Source: Rebecca billardiae RCC1528
Lineage: Eukaryota; Protista; Haptophyta
DNA: 64,000 bases
Direction of reading: 5' to 3'
NCBI GenBank assembly: GCA_965240325.2
Contig: OZ251230.1
Span: 1,736,001-1,800,000, forward strand
Shown here piece after piece: positions 1 to 9,314 of the stretch (position 1 is the stretch's first letter; every line of letters begins with the position of its first letter). The position numbers and the translations under genes were made by a program. The notes under the pieces were generated by a model. The model was not told where the DNA came from and searched no databases. It saw nothing but the letters and a program-made list of their open reading frames with translations.

Positions 1-1143
1 CGTCGCGACGATCGCCGCGGCGGCCGCGGCGCGAGCCTCGGCCGCGAGCAGCCCGCTCTCGCCCAACGGCGCGTCGGCGTACGCCAGCGTGTGCTCCAGC
101 CTCGGCAGCTCGACGCTCAGATTCAATCTCGCGCGGCGTGTCGCGATCCGGGCGGCTGTCTGCTCGAGCTGCCTGTAGACCAGCCGGTCCAGCCAGGGCA
201 GCGGCGTGCCGAGGCCGGCGTGCGAGAGCGCGCCGGCGTCGAGGCCGTCGGCCGTGCCCGCGCCGTCGCCGATCAGGGCGGAGGCAGTGGCGAGGCTGGC
301 GTTCGTGTCGGCACCACTCACACCGCCTGCGGCCGCAGTCGCGGCCGCGCCGCCGCCACCGCCGCCGCCGCCGCCGCCGCCAGGCGTCATGAGCGGCGCG
401 CCCCCGCACGACGCGCACGAGGAGACGATCGACGCACAGCGTGCGGCCGCCAGCTCGCGGTGTCGAAGGGCGCGCTCCACGCGCGCTGCCTCGACCTCGA
501 GCTGATCAATCTCGTCGAGCTCGGCCTGGTCGAGACGGTCGGCAGCCGCGCCGCCGCTGCCGGCGCCGCCGCTGCCGACGTTTGCGTCGTCTCGCCGCCC
601 GGCGTGGAACCTCCCGTCGAGCTCGTCGTTGGGGAGCAGGAGGTCCTTCTGCCCGACGCGCAGGTGGCCTGCGTCGTTGAAGAGGCGCAGGACGGCCTCG
701 CCCGCGCGCACCGCGACGCCCGGCCCGTGCGCGCCGTACAGCGTCAGCCGTACCTCCGCATCTGCGCCCAGATCGCGGTAGCTCGCCGGAAACGTGATCC
801 ACTCGTTCCAGCGGAGCGTGTCGCCGGTCGTCGAGGCGGTGCGCTGTACAGCGCAGAGCGCACGCCCGCGCGAGAAGAGCTGGCAGCACACGTGCATGTC
901 GGCGCTCGCCGCGCCCACGCGCCGAGCGAATCGCTCGGCAAACGGCGCGCTGTCGACCTGGCTGTCGCCGGTCGGCGGGAACGTGCCGTGCAGGTCGAGG
1001 ATGCGCAGCTTGACGGGGAGCGAGACATCGCACGAGAGGAAGCAGAGCGGCGCGTGCGGGAAGAACGGCTGGGGCAGGTCGTGCCCCAGGCTCTCCACCA
1101 CTCGCCGCGCGCTCTCTGGCGGCAGCACAGTGGGCGCCGCCAT
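1..1143 (-). CDS. VPS34: Class III phosphatidylinositol 3-kinase (Vps34), N-terminal C2 region; gene runs off the left edge of the window
   Basis: Manual minus-strand translation from ATG at 1143: MAAPTV...CFLSCDVSLPVKLRILDL...LRWNEWITFPASYRDLGADAEVRLTLYGAHGPG...GEAVLRLFNDAGHLRVGQKDL...PWLDRLVYRQLE. This matches Vps34 motifs (SCD-L-x-V-x-L-x-I, WNEW-x3-P-x2-Y-x-DL, WLDRL). No stop before base 1, hence absent from the ORF track. Confidence 0.82.
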   Translation of the reverse strand, partial: MAAPTVLPPESARRVVESLGHDLPQPFFPHAPLCFLSCDVSLPVKLRILDLHGTFPPTGDSQVDSAPFAERFARRVGAASADMHVCCQLFSRGRALCAVQRTASTTGDTLRWNEWITFPASYRDLGADAEVRLTLYGAHGPGVAVRAGEAVLRLFNDAGHLRVGQKDLLLPNDELDGRFHAGRRDDANVGSGGAGSGGAAADRLDQAELDEIDQLEVEAARVERALRHRELAAARCASIVSSCASCGGAPLMTPGGGGGGGGGGGAAATAAAGGVSGADTNASLATASALIGDGAGTADGLDAGALSHAGLGTPLPWLDRLVYRQLEQTAARIATRRARLNLSVELPRLEHTLAYADAPLGESGLLAAEARAAAAAAIVAT

Positions 1144-1258
1144 CGTCGACCGGCGCCTTCCGCCCCCTGCAGCGACCTTGCAGGGCGGTCAAGACGACTC
1201 ACACATCACGAACCGCCACGGCGCCACCCGCCATCGTTCGTCGCGATCACGATTCACA

Positions 1259-2263
1259 ATGCCGCCACGCGCCTTGCGCTGGCGAGCGCTATTCCTGATC
1301 ACGGCGGTCACTGGCGCTCCGCACGACCTGCCATTCACGCGCACCCAGGGCGGGAGCTTCCCCGTCCCGCGCACTCTCGACGCCAGGCTCTCGCCGCGGG
1401 TGTTCACGAAGTGGCGTTTTGCGCACGCCGTGCTCGTCCGCGACGCAAAGCGCGCGCACAACGCGTCGCTCATCCTCCTGGGCGACTCTATCACGGAGGC
1501 GCTGCGTGGCACACTCCTCGGCGTCCCGAGCAGCTTTCGCGCCCTTGCCGCCAGCGCGCTCCGCTCCGAGCTTGGTGACGAGTGGCCGCGCCCGCTCGTG
1601 CTCGCGATCGCCGGCGACGAGACGCAGCACCTGCTCTGGAGAATACAGAACGGCGAGCTGCCGCCGCACCTGCGCACGTCGGGGGCGCCCATCTCCGTGC
1701 TGATTGGCACGAACAACCTCCTCCGTGGCCGTGGGGCGGCGCACGCCGTCGGCGGCATCCTCACCGTCGTCAACTGGCTGCTGGCCAACACGCGCTCGCC
1801 TGTGCTCGTGAGCGAGATCCTCCCCTTCGGCGACACGGAGCGCGCGAGAGCGGCGTGCCCGCCCATCTGCCTCCCCGGTGGGCAGGCGCACCCGTACGCG
1901 CCGAGCGTCAGCACGAGCAACGAGATGCTGCGGCGCGAGGTCGCGCAGTTGCAGCAGCGCTCGGCCACCCACCGTGCGCGCGTCACGCTCGTGTCGTGTG
2001 GCCACTTGCTCCTCACGAGCGCCGGCACGGTCGACCCCGTCCTCGTGCCAGACTTCACGCACCCGACCGCGGAGGCTCATCGCCGCCTGCTCCACTGTCT
2101 GCGCCCGTACCTGCGAGCGGCGACGAAGAAAGGGGGAGCCGGCCATGCAGGCCCCACGCCCGCCAACGGCGACGGTGGCTCCGGCCGCCGCCTCGGCCTC
2201 GGGCCAGACCGCCCAGACAGGCCACGCCCTATTACTCCGACTCAGAGTACTGCGGGCTACTGA
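1259..2263 (+). CDS. SGNH/GDSL hydrolase (PAF-acetylhydrolase IB-like), probable signal peptide
   Basis: In-frame ATG at 1259. Blocks LLGDSIT, AIAGDETQHLLWRI, VLIGTNN and C-terminal PDFTHP (DxxH); hydrophobic N-terminus. Confidence 0.85.
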   Translation: MPPRALRWRALFLITAVTGAPHDLPFTRTQGGSFPVPRTLDARLSPRVFTKWRFAHAVLVRDAKRAHNASLILLGDSITEALRGTLLGVPSSFRALAASALRSELGDEWPRPLVLAIAGDETQHLLWRIQNGELPPHLRTSGAPISVLIGTNNLLRGRGAAHAVGGILTVVNWLLANTRSPVLVSEILPFGDTERARAACPPICLPGGQAHPYAPSVSTSNEMLRREVAQLQQRSATHRARVTLVSCGHLLLTSAGTVDPVLVPDFTHPTAEAHRRLLHCLRPYLRAATKKGGAGHAGPTPANGDGGSGRRLGLGPDRPDRPRPITPTQSTAGY

Positions 2264-3314
2264 CTAATAACACTCAGATAGACCGGTTAACGGACATTTT
2301 TGACGACGACTGGGATGATAATACAGTCGATCGGCGGAGCCAGTCCGTCGGGCGGTCCGCGTAACTCGGACTCACACTCAACAGTCAACTACTGTGCGAC
2401 GTCACTAGGTCATTGCCACTCCGCGTCTCTTATGAGACAGACCCGGATTAGGCTGATATCTCAATGACACTAGTTATGATTCTAGTACCACTCAATTCAC
2501 TACGTATCAACCGTACGCGACGGTACTAGTCAGTAGTCTAACACTTGACTGATCGGCGCGGCGACGAACCGAGTGGACTCGGACTCCGTCGTAATAATCG
2601 GATTACGTAACTGCAACGGACGGCGCCATATAATGTGTCAAACGCCAGGCCAGGATACCCTCGTCCTCTCATGCAGCGGTCATGACTACTGATCTACTCT
2701 AGTCGCAGAGTGTACTCTATACTCGGCGGCAGAGCGCATGCGCAAGGCGGCTTCACTGATCGGGGCACAAGTCTATTGTAGGCGCTTTCACTCGCGACGC
2801 GGACGCGCGGGCTCGGCTCACTTCACGGCTGCGCGCTTGCAAGGATGGGTGCACTGCCTCAAATAGGCGACGCACACGGTCGCGCGTGGCGTTGCGGCGG
2901 CCGCGGTGCCATGTCGTGGGGGGACGACCATTGACGCTGAATGATGAACCAAGTGTGCATACGTACATAGTAAACTGTGCTTCAGGCTTCAGCATCCCTT
3001 CAGCCGGTATTAATCTCGGCGGAAGGTGGTGCGCGTTTCTGACGTTTCCATCAACGCAGCAAACTTCCGAACTTTCCAGCTTGGGTTCTGCGACGAGGAA
3101 TACTGTGAGAATGTCGCCGAGATGAGGAGAGATAGAAATATCTTCGGTGATCCTGTCGTCAGATTGAATCTCCTCGACGATCTCGGCCCCATCAGAGTTC
3201 TTCGTGACTTCGCTGTCGAGTCGACACCCTTCTCCAGAGCCCACGGTTAGCCGTGGACACGCGACACGGCACACGCCGTTGAGAGCGGAGCGTGAGTCGC
3301 CCGCCTCCGCCCCG

Positions 3315-5825
3315 ATGCTCGGCGTGCATTCGGCACGCATCAAACCCGCGCCGCACTTGGCGCCCGGCGATTCGCCCGCCGCTCCTCTCGAGGCCGCGCC
3401 CGCGCCCGAGCCTGCGTCGGAGCACGTGGTGGATGTGGAGCGCGCGCGCGCGTGCGCGCCCGCGCCTGAGCCCGAGGCGGAGCTCGAGCTCGAGATCGAG
3501 TCGCCCGCGCTTACGTGGCGCTCGACATTCCACGACCGCGAGGTCGAGGCGGCGTACGTGGAGGGCGAGCTGCGCGACGCGTTCTACCGCCGCACGCTGC
3601 GCTTCTTTGCCGCGTACTCCTGCCTGGCCTGCATCGTGCTCATGCTCGAGCTGCTGCCGGGGCGGCGCGCGGACCACTACGCGCCCGTCGCGCGTATCGT
3701 CGCCATGCTGCTGCTCAAGCTGGGCGCGATGGGCTTCTGCGCCGCGGCGCGCCGCGCGCGCCTGCCTCTCGGTGTCGCGCAGCCTTTCATCGCCACGCTG
3801 CTGTGCGCACTCATCGTCTTGCTCGTCGTGTTCACGCCGCAGCGCTCGCTGCAGATGCTCGGCCTCGACGCCGACGCGTACGGCGTGGAGCCGCGCTCCT
3901 TCGAGCGGGTCGCCGTCATCGTCGTGGCGGTGGTGATGTGCTCGGGCCTCTTCGTGCCGCTGGACGTGCCGTACTTTGCGCTCGTCGTCGCGTGGGCGGT
4001 CGCCATCCACGTGGCGGCCGAGGCGGCGATGCCGACGGAGCGGTGCGGCGCCGCGCTCGGCGCGCGCGACGCGATCGCGTGGCTGCTGCCACTCGGCGTC
4101 GCGTTCGGCGCGGTGGTCACGCGCGCGCGCACGCAGCGCGGCCAGTGGTTCTTCCGCCGCTCGGTCATTGCCGCCGCGCGCCGGTGGCGCGACGCCGAGA
4201 GTGCCGCAATGGACGCGCGCGCGCGCGAGGTATCCGCGCAGTCGGCGACGGACGCGCGCGCCAAGCTGATCCGCATCGTGATGCACGACCTGCGCAGCCC
4301 GCTGCTCAGCGTGCACGGGCTCGCGCGCGGGCTCGCCGAGGCCGGCACAGAGCGCACGCTCGGCGAGCCCGCGGTGCGCGCGTCGGTGCAGGCCCTGGGC
4401 ACGTGCGCAACGTTGATGGAAGGAATTGTCTCCGACATGCTCGACTTCGAGCGGATCGACTCGGGGCGGCTGGTGCTCGTGCACCAGGCGTTCTCCGCGG
4501 CGAAGCTGCTGCGCGACGCGAAGGACACGCTCGGCGCGCTCGCCGAGCGCAAGGGCGTCGGCCTCGTCTTCGAGCCGCTGCCGCCCGAGCTCGAGCGCGC
4601 GCAGTTTGTTGGCGACGCGCGCCGGCTGCTGCAGTGTCTGAGCAACGGCGTGAGCAACGCGGTCAAGTTCGTCGAGCCGGCGCAGGGGCGCGTGGTCGTG
4701 CGCGCGTGGGAGGGACCGCCGCCGCGCGCGCCGCCGCCGCCGTCGAGCGCGCACTCGCCGCCCAGGCACGGCTGCGCCGTGTCGGCGGCCGAGAGCCCGG
4801 CGGCCGGCGACGCCGGCGCCGGCGCGGCCGGCGCCGAGCGCGAGGGTGCGGGCGCGTGGTCGACACTTCACATCGCGGTCCAGGACAACGGCATCGGGCT
4901 GAGCGAGGCGGAGCTGGGCGTGCTCGGCGCGGGCGCGCTGTTCCAGCAGGTGGGCAAGGGGCAGCTCCAGGGCAGCGGCGGCACGGGCCTGGGCCTCGCC
5001 ATCGTGCGCGCCATCCTGCGCATGCACGATCACTCGGAGCTGCATCTGCACAGTGACGGCCACCGGCGCGGGACGACGTTTGAGATGCGGCTGCGGCTGC
5101 GGCGCGCGCCTGCGCCGCGCGTGCTCGACGAGGGGAGCTCGGCGTCGGCCACGACGCTCGCGCCCTCGCCCGCGCCGCCGCAGCGCCGCCTGATGCCCGC
5201 GATCGCGCGCATCTCGCTCTCCAGCGCGCGCCCGCACTCGCCCGCGAGCTCGCCCGGATCGCGGCTGCGGCACGCTGAGCCGCGCGGCGGCGCCCGGCCC
5301 ACCAGCTCGCGCGCCATCGTGGCCGAGACGGCACCGCTCGAGTCCGCGCCGGCGGCGCCCTCCCGCGCGTACAGCGTGCGCTGCCTGCACGTGGAGGACG
5401 ACGGGATGCTGCAGCTGATGGTGGGCGAGCAGCTCTTCAAAAAGTGCGGCGTGCGCTGGGAGACGGCGGCCGACGGACTCGCGGCACTCGAGGCCGTCGC
5501 CGCCGCCGAAGCGGCGGGCGAGCCGATCTCGTTCATCCTGATGGACAACCAGATGCCCACGATGGGCGGCACGCAGTGCACCGCCACGCTGCGCGCGCGT
5601 GGCTTCACCGGCCTGATTGCGGGCGTGACGGGCGACCCGACCGGCTCGCCCGATCGCGCCGAGTTCGAGGCGGTCGGCCTCGACGCATGCTTCGACAAGA
5701 CGAGCGACGGGCTCGCCGCGATCGAGGGCATGCTACGCGCGCACGTCGAGGACCGCGCGACCGCCGCCGCCGCCGCGAGCGCGGAGGCCGCGTGGCACTC
5801 GGACGTCGTCGCGAGCGCGACGTGA
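3315..5825 (+). CDS. Membrane-bound hybrid histidine kinase (multi-TM, HisKA, HATPase, receiver)
   Basis: H-box VMHDLRSPL, N-box SNGVSNAVKF, G1 QDNGIGL, G2 GTGLGLAI, receiver HVEDD...ILMDNQMP...FDK; about 6 hydrophobic helices N-terminally. First in-frame ATG at 3315. Confidence 0.92.
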   Translation: MLGVHSARIKPAPHLAPGDSPAAPLEAAPAPEPASEHVVDVERARACAPAPEPEAELELEIESPALTWRSTFHDREVEAAYVEGELRDAFYRRTLRFFAAYSCLACIVLMLELLPGRRADHYAPVARIVAMLLLKLGAMGFCAAARRARLPLGVAQPFIATLLCALIVLLVVFTPQRSLQMLGLDADAYGVEPRSFERVAVIVVAVVMCSGLFVPLDVPYFALVVAWAVAIHVAAEAAMPTERCGAALGARDAIAWLLPLGVAFGAVVTRARTQRGQWFFRRSVIAAARRWRDAESAAMDARAREVSAQSATDARAKLIRIVMHDLRSPLLSVHGLARGLAEAGTERTLGEPAVRASVQALGTCATLMEGIVSDMLDFERIDSGRLVLVHQAFSAAKLLRDAKDTLGALAERKGVGLVFEPLPPELERAQFVGDARRLLQCLSNGVSNAVKFVEPAQGRVVVRAWEGPPPRAPPPPSSAHSPPRHGCAVSAAESPAAGDAGAGAAGAEREGAGAWSTLHIAVQDNGIGLSEAELGVLGAGALFQQVGKGQLQGSGGTGLGLAIVRAILRMHDHSELHLHSDGHRRGTTFEMRLRLRRAPAPRVLDEGSSASATTLAPSPAPPQRRLMPAIARISLSSARPHSPASSPGSRLRHAEPRGGARPTSSRAIVAETAPLESAPAAPSRAYSVRCLHVEDDGMLQLMVGEQLFKKCGVRWETAADGLAALEAVAAAEAAGEPISFILMDNQMPTMGGTQCTATLRARGFTGLIAGVTGDPTGSPDRAEFEAVGLDACFDKTSDGLAAIEGMLRAHVEDRATAAAAASAEAAWHSDVVASAT

Positions 5826-7015
5826 TCACCAGAAGTTGCACGATTTCGGTGGAGGTGCCTCCGTATATATAAAAATATAGCTTACTAGTCGTCTTAGAGA
5901 TCAGTCAGTCGTAACTCAGTCGAGTCCGACCTAACTCCTAAGGCTAATGAGTATTAATATATATATGTCCTATTCAACTAACAGGCCGATGAGATTCGGA
6001 GGGCAGAATGAGACGACAGTCGACATCATCAGAGGGCGCACTTTCACTCTTTGAGACAAACTCAATGAGGCGGCGGCCCAGTAGTCAAGTGTGACTGTGC
6101 CTGTGGCGGCCTGACCGAGTGTGAGTAGCTCTGGTAACTGAGCTTGACTCAGTGACCCCCACTCACCACTGCGGCCTGCGGGCGTGGTGGCATGGCGCCC
6201 GCCTCGCACGCGCTACAGCGCCCGGTGAGGTGGACGCAAGTCTGTCGAGGCGCGTCACATGTGTGCCCAAGGTGCATGTCTGGCACCTCCGCTCGTTTGC
6301 CGGCCGCACCGCTTGCCCTTGCCTGGCCTGCACGCACTGCAAACGCCTAGCCGCCGAACGTGTCCCCCGCCCCGCCACTGTGAAGACGGCCGCGAACCGC
6401 GATGCACGGTGCCCTTCAGTGACGTGAGCAAGGTAGCCTACTACTGCAAAAGGACGCCAACCTGACGGCTGGTCATGCCATGGGAGGTAGTAGGGGCGCC
6501 AGATACGCGCCAAGAACCCATGGGAACAGCTTGCTCTCCCCATTGGTGAGCTCTCATCGGGCGTGCGCACGCGGTTTGTCTCCAAATGCCCTCCCCCCAC
6601 CCCAAAGGGAGAAACACTTGCTGGTGTTCATGCTCCTCAACGGCATGGAGCTAGCCCACGAGACTCACGGCTTGAACGCTTCGTCTGATGCCCTCCACAA
6701 CGACGTGCGCGAAGGGCGTGAGGGCCATCGTGGTGGAGCGCAAAACACGATCCGCGATTTTATTGATGTCTCATTCTGCTGATCTGCCCTCAGTCTGTGC
6801 GACAGAACTTTCCGAGGATCTGGTTGCAAGGGCCGTGCCCTTGGCTGGAATATAATCGGGGACCGAGCCGGAGGGTTTGTTCACTTTCTTGGTAAGTGCC
6901 CGGATCCCAGTCATATGTTACGACCCAGCTCGGAAGTGTACCGTAGGAATCGTTTTTTGGTACAAGGCAGTCACGACCCAAACCAAACCACACCTGTCAC
7001 TTGCGCGAGATGTTA

Positions 7016-7609
7016 CAGGTGGATACGGGCTAACTGGACACAGGGGCTATCTGGACACTCAGCGGGCGGCGGGCCTCGTGGCGAGGGCTCGTGGGCGAAC
7101 GAGCACGAGCGCCCACTGGCGGGTCGCCACGACGGCGCACGATGTTCGCTGAACTCACCTGGTCGTGAGACGTCGTCTGCGCACGCGCCAGGTCGCGCTT
7201 CTCGCCGCCTTCGCCTTGTTTCGTGAGTCCCGCGCACAAGGGCGAACGCCAGCGTTTCAAGCCGCAAGGCGCGTGCGCCGACTCAGGAAGGGCGGACTCC
7301 GAGGCAAGGCGCGGTTGCGCTGGCGTGGGTAGGTCCCAGAGCAACCGTCCGAGCCGCTGCACACGCTTTTCCTCCGCGCGCGCGTCTCTGAGCTCGATTC
7401 CCATGCCTCAGCCAGTGCCAGGGGCTAATTGGACAGTGCCATTGCGGCCGCCACGCGCGGAGACGGGCCCGCAGCGCAGAAAGCGCGCTGCGGCGGAACT
7501 CCAGGGACCCCCTGAAGTCCGTCCCTGGCGCCCCTTCGACCCCAATGCTCCCAGGGAGGCCTCCGCGTGAGTTGGGTCGGCCACTGTCCAGATCACCCGT
7601 ATCCACCTG
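7016..7609. mobile_element. Tc1/mariner-type MITE (594 bp)
   Basis: TA|CAGGTGGATACGGG(ctaa)CTGGACA ... TGTCCAG(atca)CCCGTATCCACCTG|TA: terminal inverted repeats with TA on both flanks. Internal copies of the GGGCTAxxTGGACA motif at about 7043 and 7421. Confidence 0.85.
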
Positions 7610-7958
7610 TATCTTGAGCTCTCAATCACCCACTTCCATGGTGACTATTTCGGAATTAATAGCGGTAGGTCTCGAAAAGTTGATACCGGTAGGTCTTGAA
7701 AAGTTAACAAAACGTTGTCTGGGGAACCGCTTTGAGATACACGTATCGAACCGGCGGCTGATACGCCTCAATCGTCGTTCCACCCAAGTACGAGGCGCAC
7801 CCAAATTTCTATAATAGTTGCGCGGAGGGTCAGCCCCCAAATATCGAACGCGAATAATCGTCTTGCAAGCAGCACAAATAGGGGGGGAACCTAACCTGCT
7901 GCCCGTCCGCCACACTCAAAGATCGCACACGATCCACACCGCCGCTCACGCCAGCAAC

Positions 7959-8642
7959 ATGACGCGCTTCACGTCCTCGCACGCACGCTCCTCGTCGAGT
8001 GCCGAGGTGCGCTACGCAGGGCGCGACCGCGCGGATGGTGCTTGCGCACCCATTGCCCGCCCATGCGCGCGCCTCGCTGACCAAGCTCCCCCACCCTCGC
8101 TCTCCGCGTCGCAGTCGTCCAGCCTCCCGACAGACATCTGCAAGACCAGCCGAACGCGGCACACCGCCTCGGCAAGGGCGCAGCAACCGTCCGCGGCCGT
8201 CGTCGCTGCCGTCGAACAACTCGCGCCCGTCGGCCCGGACCACAACCGGACATCGGGGCCCGCCTCAGGGACAACCACGGCCGCGTCCGTGACCAGTGAC
8301 ACGCACAGCGCTCGCAGCCCGGCCGTCCCCACGCTGCCTGAACCATCCGCCTTCGCACACATCGACGCCGACCTTCGCGAGCGCTTCGTCGCGCTGTCAG
8401 CGCAGATTGTGGTCCTGAGTCTGGCGCCATCGACGGACGCCTCGGCCGCCGCGAGTGGCGCGCTCATCAACTCGCTCGTCGACCAGCTGGCCCGGGCGGC
8501 GGACGAGCTGACTCGGCGACAGCTGCACCGGTGCCAGTCCGTGCACACCGTCATCTGCGCGGCGGCCGCGATGATGCACGCGGCGAAAGTGCCCCCGACC
8601 GACATCGCCGACCCGGCCGTTCGCGCCGCCGACGACTTGTGA
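7959..8642 (+). CDS. Hypothetical ORF (possibly repeat-derived)
   Basis: Open frame with helical-looking C-terminal half (DLRERFVALSAQIVVLSL...LVDQLARAADEL); no recognisable motif. Confidence 0.25.
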   Translation: MTRFTSSHARSSSSAEVRYAGRDRADGACAPIARPCARLADQAPPPSLSASQSSSLPTDICKTSRTRHTASARAQQPSAAVVAAVEQLAPVGPDHNRTSGPASGTTTAASVTSDTHSARSPAVPTLPEPSAFAHIDADLRERFVALSAQIVVLSLAPSTDASAAASGALINSLVDQLARAADELTRRQLHRCQSVHTVICAAAAMMHAAKVPPTDIADPAVRAADDL

Positions 8643-9314
8643 GTCGTTCGCTCACTGGCCCCGAAATGGCCACTCCGACCCGAGCAGCCGTGGCCGGGCG
8701 GCACCGGCCCGCGACCGGGCGGCCGTACCGACCGAAAACTTGTCGGCAGCCCTCGCCGCATTTGAGTCATCCAGCAACCTGATGATGCCAATCGATAAGA
8801 CCATTGCTTAGCATTAGTACAGGGATGTGCATGATAGCGTCACAGAACCGCTTGGCTTTAATCAAAACTTTCAGGAAATATTTAATCGTAGTTTATAATA
8901 TTAATAACAATATTGTAATTATAACCGACATTACTATGGATTATTTTTAAAAATTAAATAATGATCAAAAGAATTAGGCATGCGCCATCGCCATTCGCGA
9001 GTGCCTTTTTCGTCGAATAAAACTGGTATTCGTCCCTGCTGACCGATCTGCTTCAGCTGACTGACTCCGCCGATGACGCCGGTGCCGTTGCATGCCACGA
9101 CGTCGAATAAAATGACGACCAGAATGAGCACGCGCCGAGCGCGCCCAAAAAACACGGCTGGGCCTCTCGGCAGCTCGGTGTCAATTGCCGAAGCAATTTA
9201 CAGCTGGAGGCGTGATTGGCTGATTGCGGCATTGCGCCACCGCGACCACGCACACTCGGCTTGGAAGCGCCCGGGCCCGGGCGTGAACACGACGCGAGGC
9301 TGCTTCAGACGCGG

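Noticed and set aside
91-1578. 495-aa + strand ORF
   Set aside because: Antisense shadow of VPS34 (reads LELINLVELGLVE); a GC-rich artefact.
3192-5390. 732-aa minus ORF and other Arg/Ala-rich ORFs overlapping the kinase
   Set aside because: Shadow frames of a GC-rich gene; no motifs.
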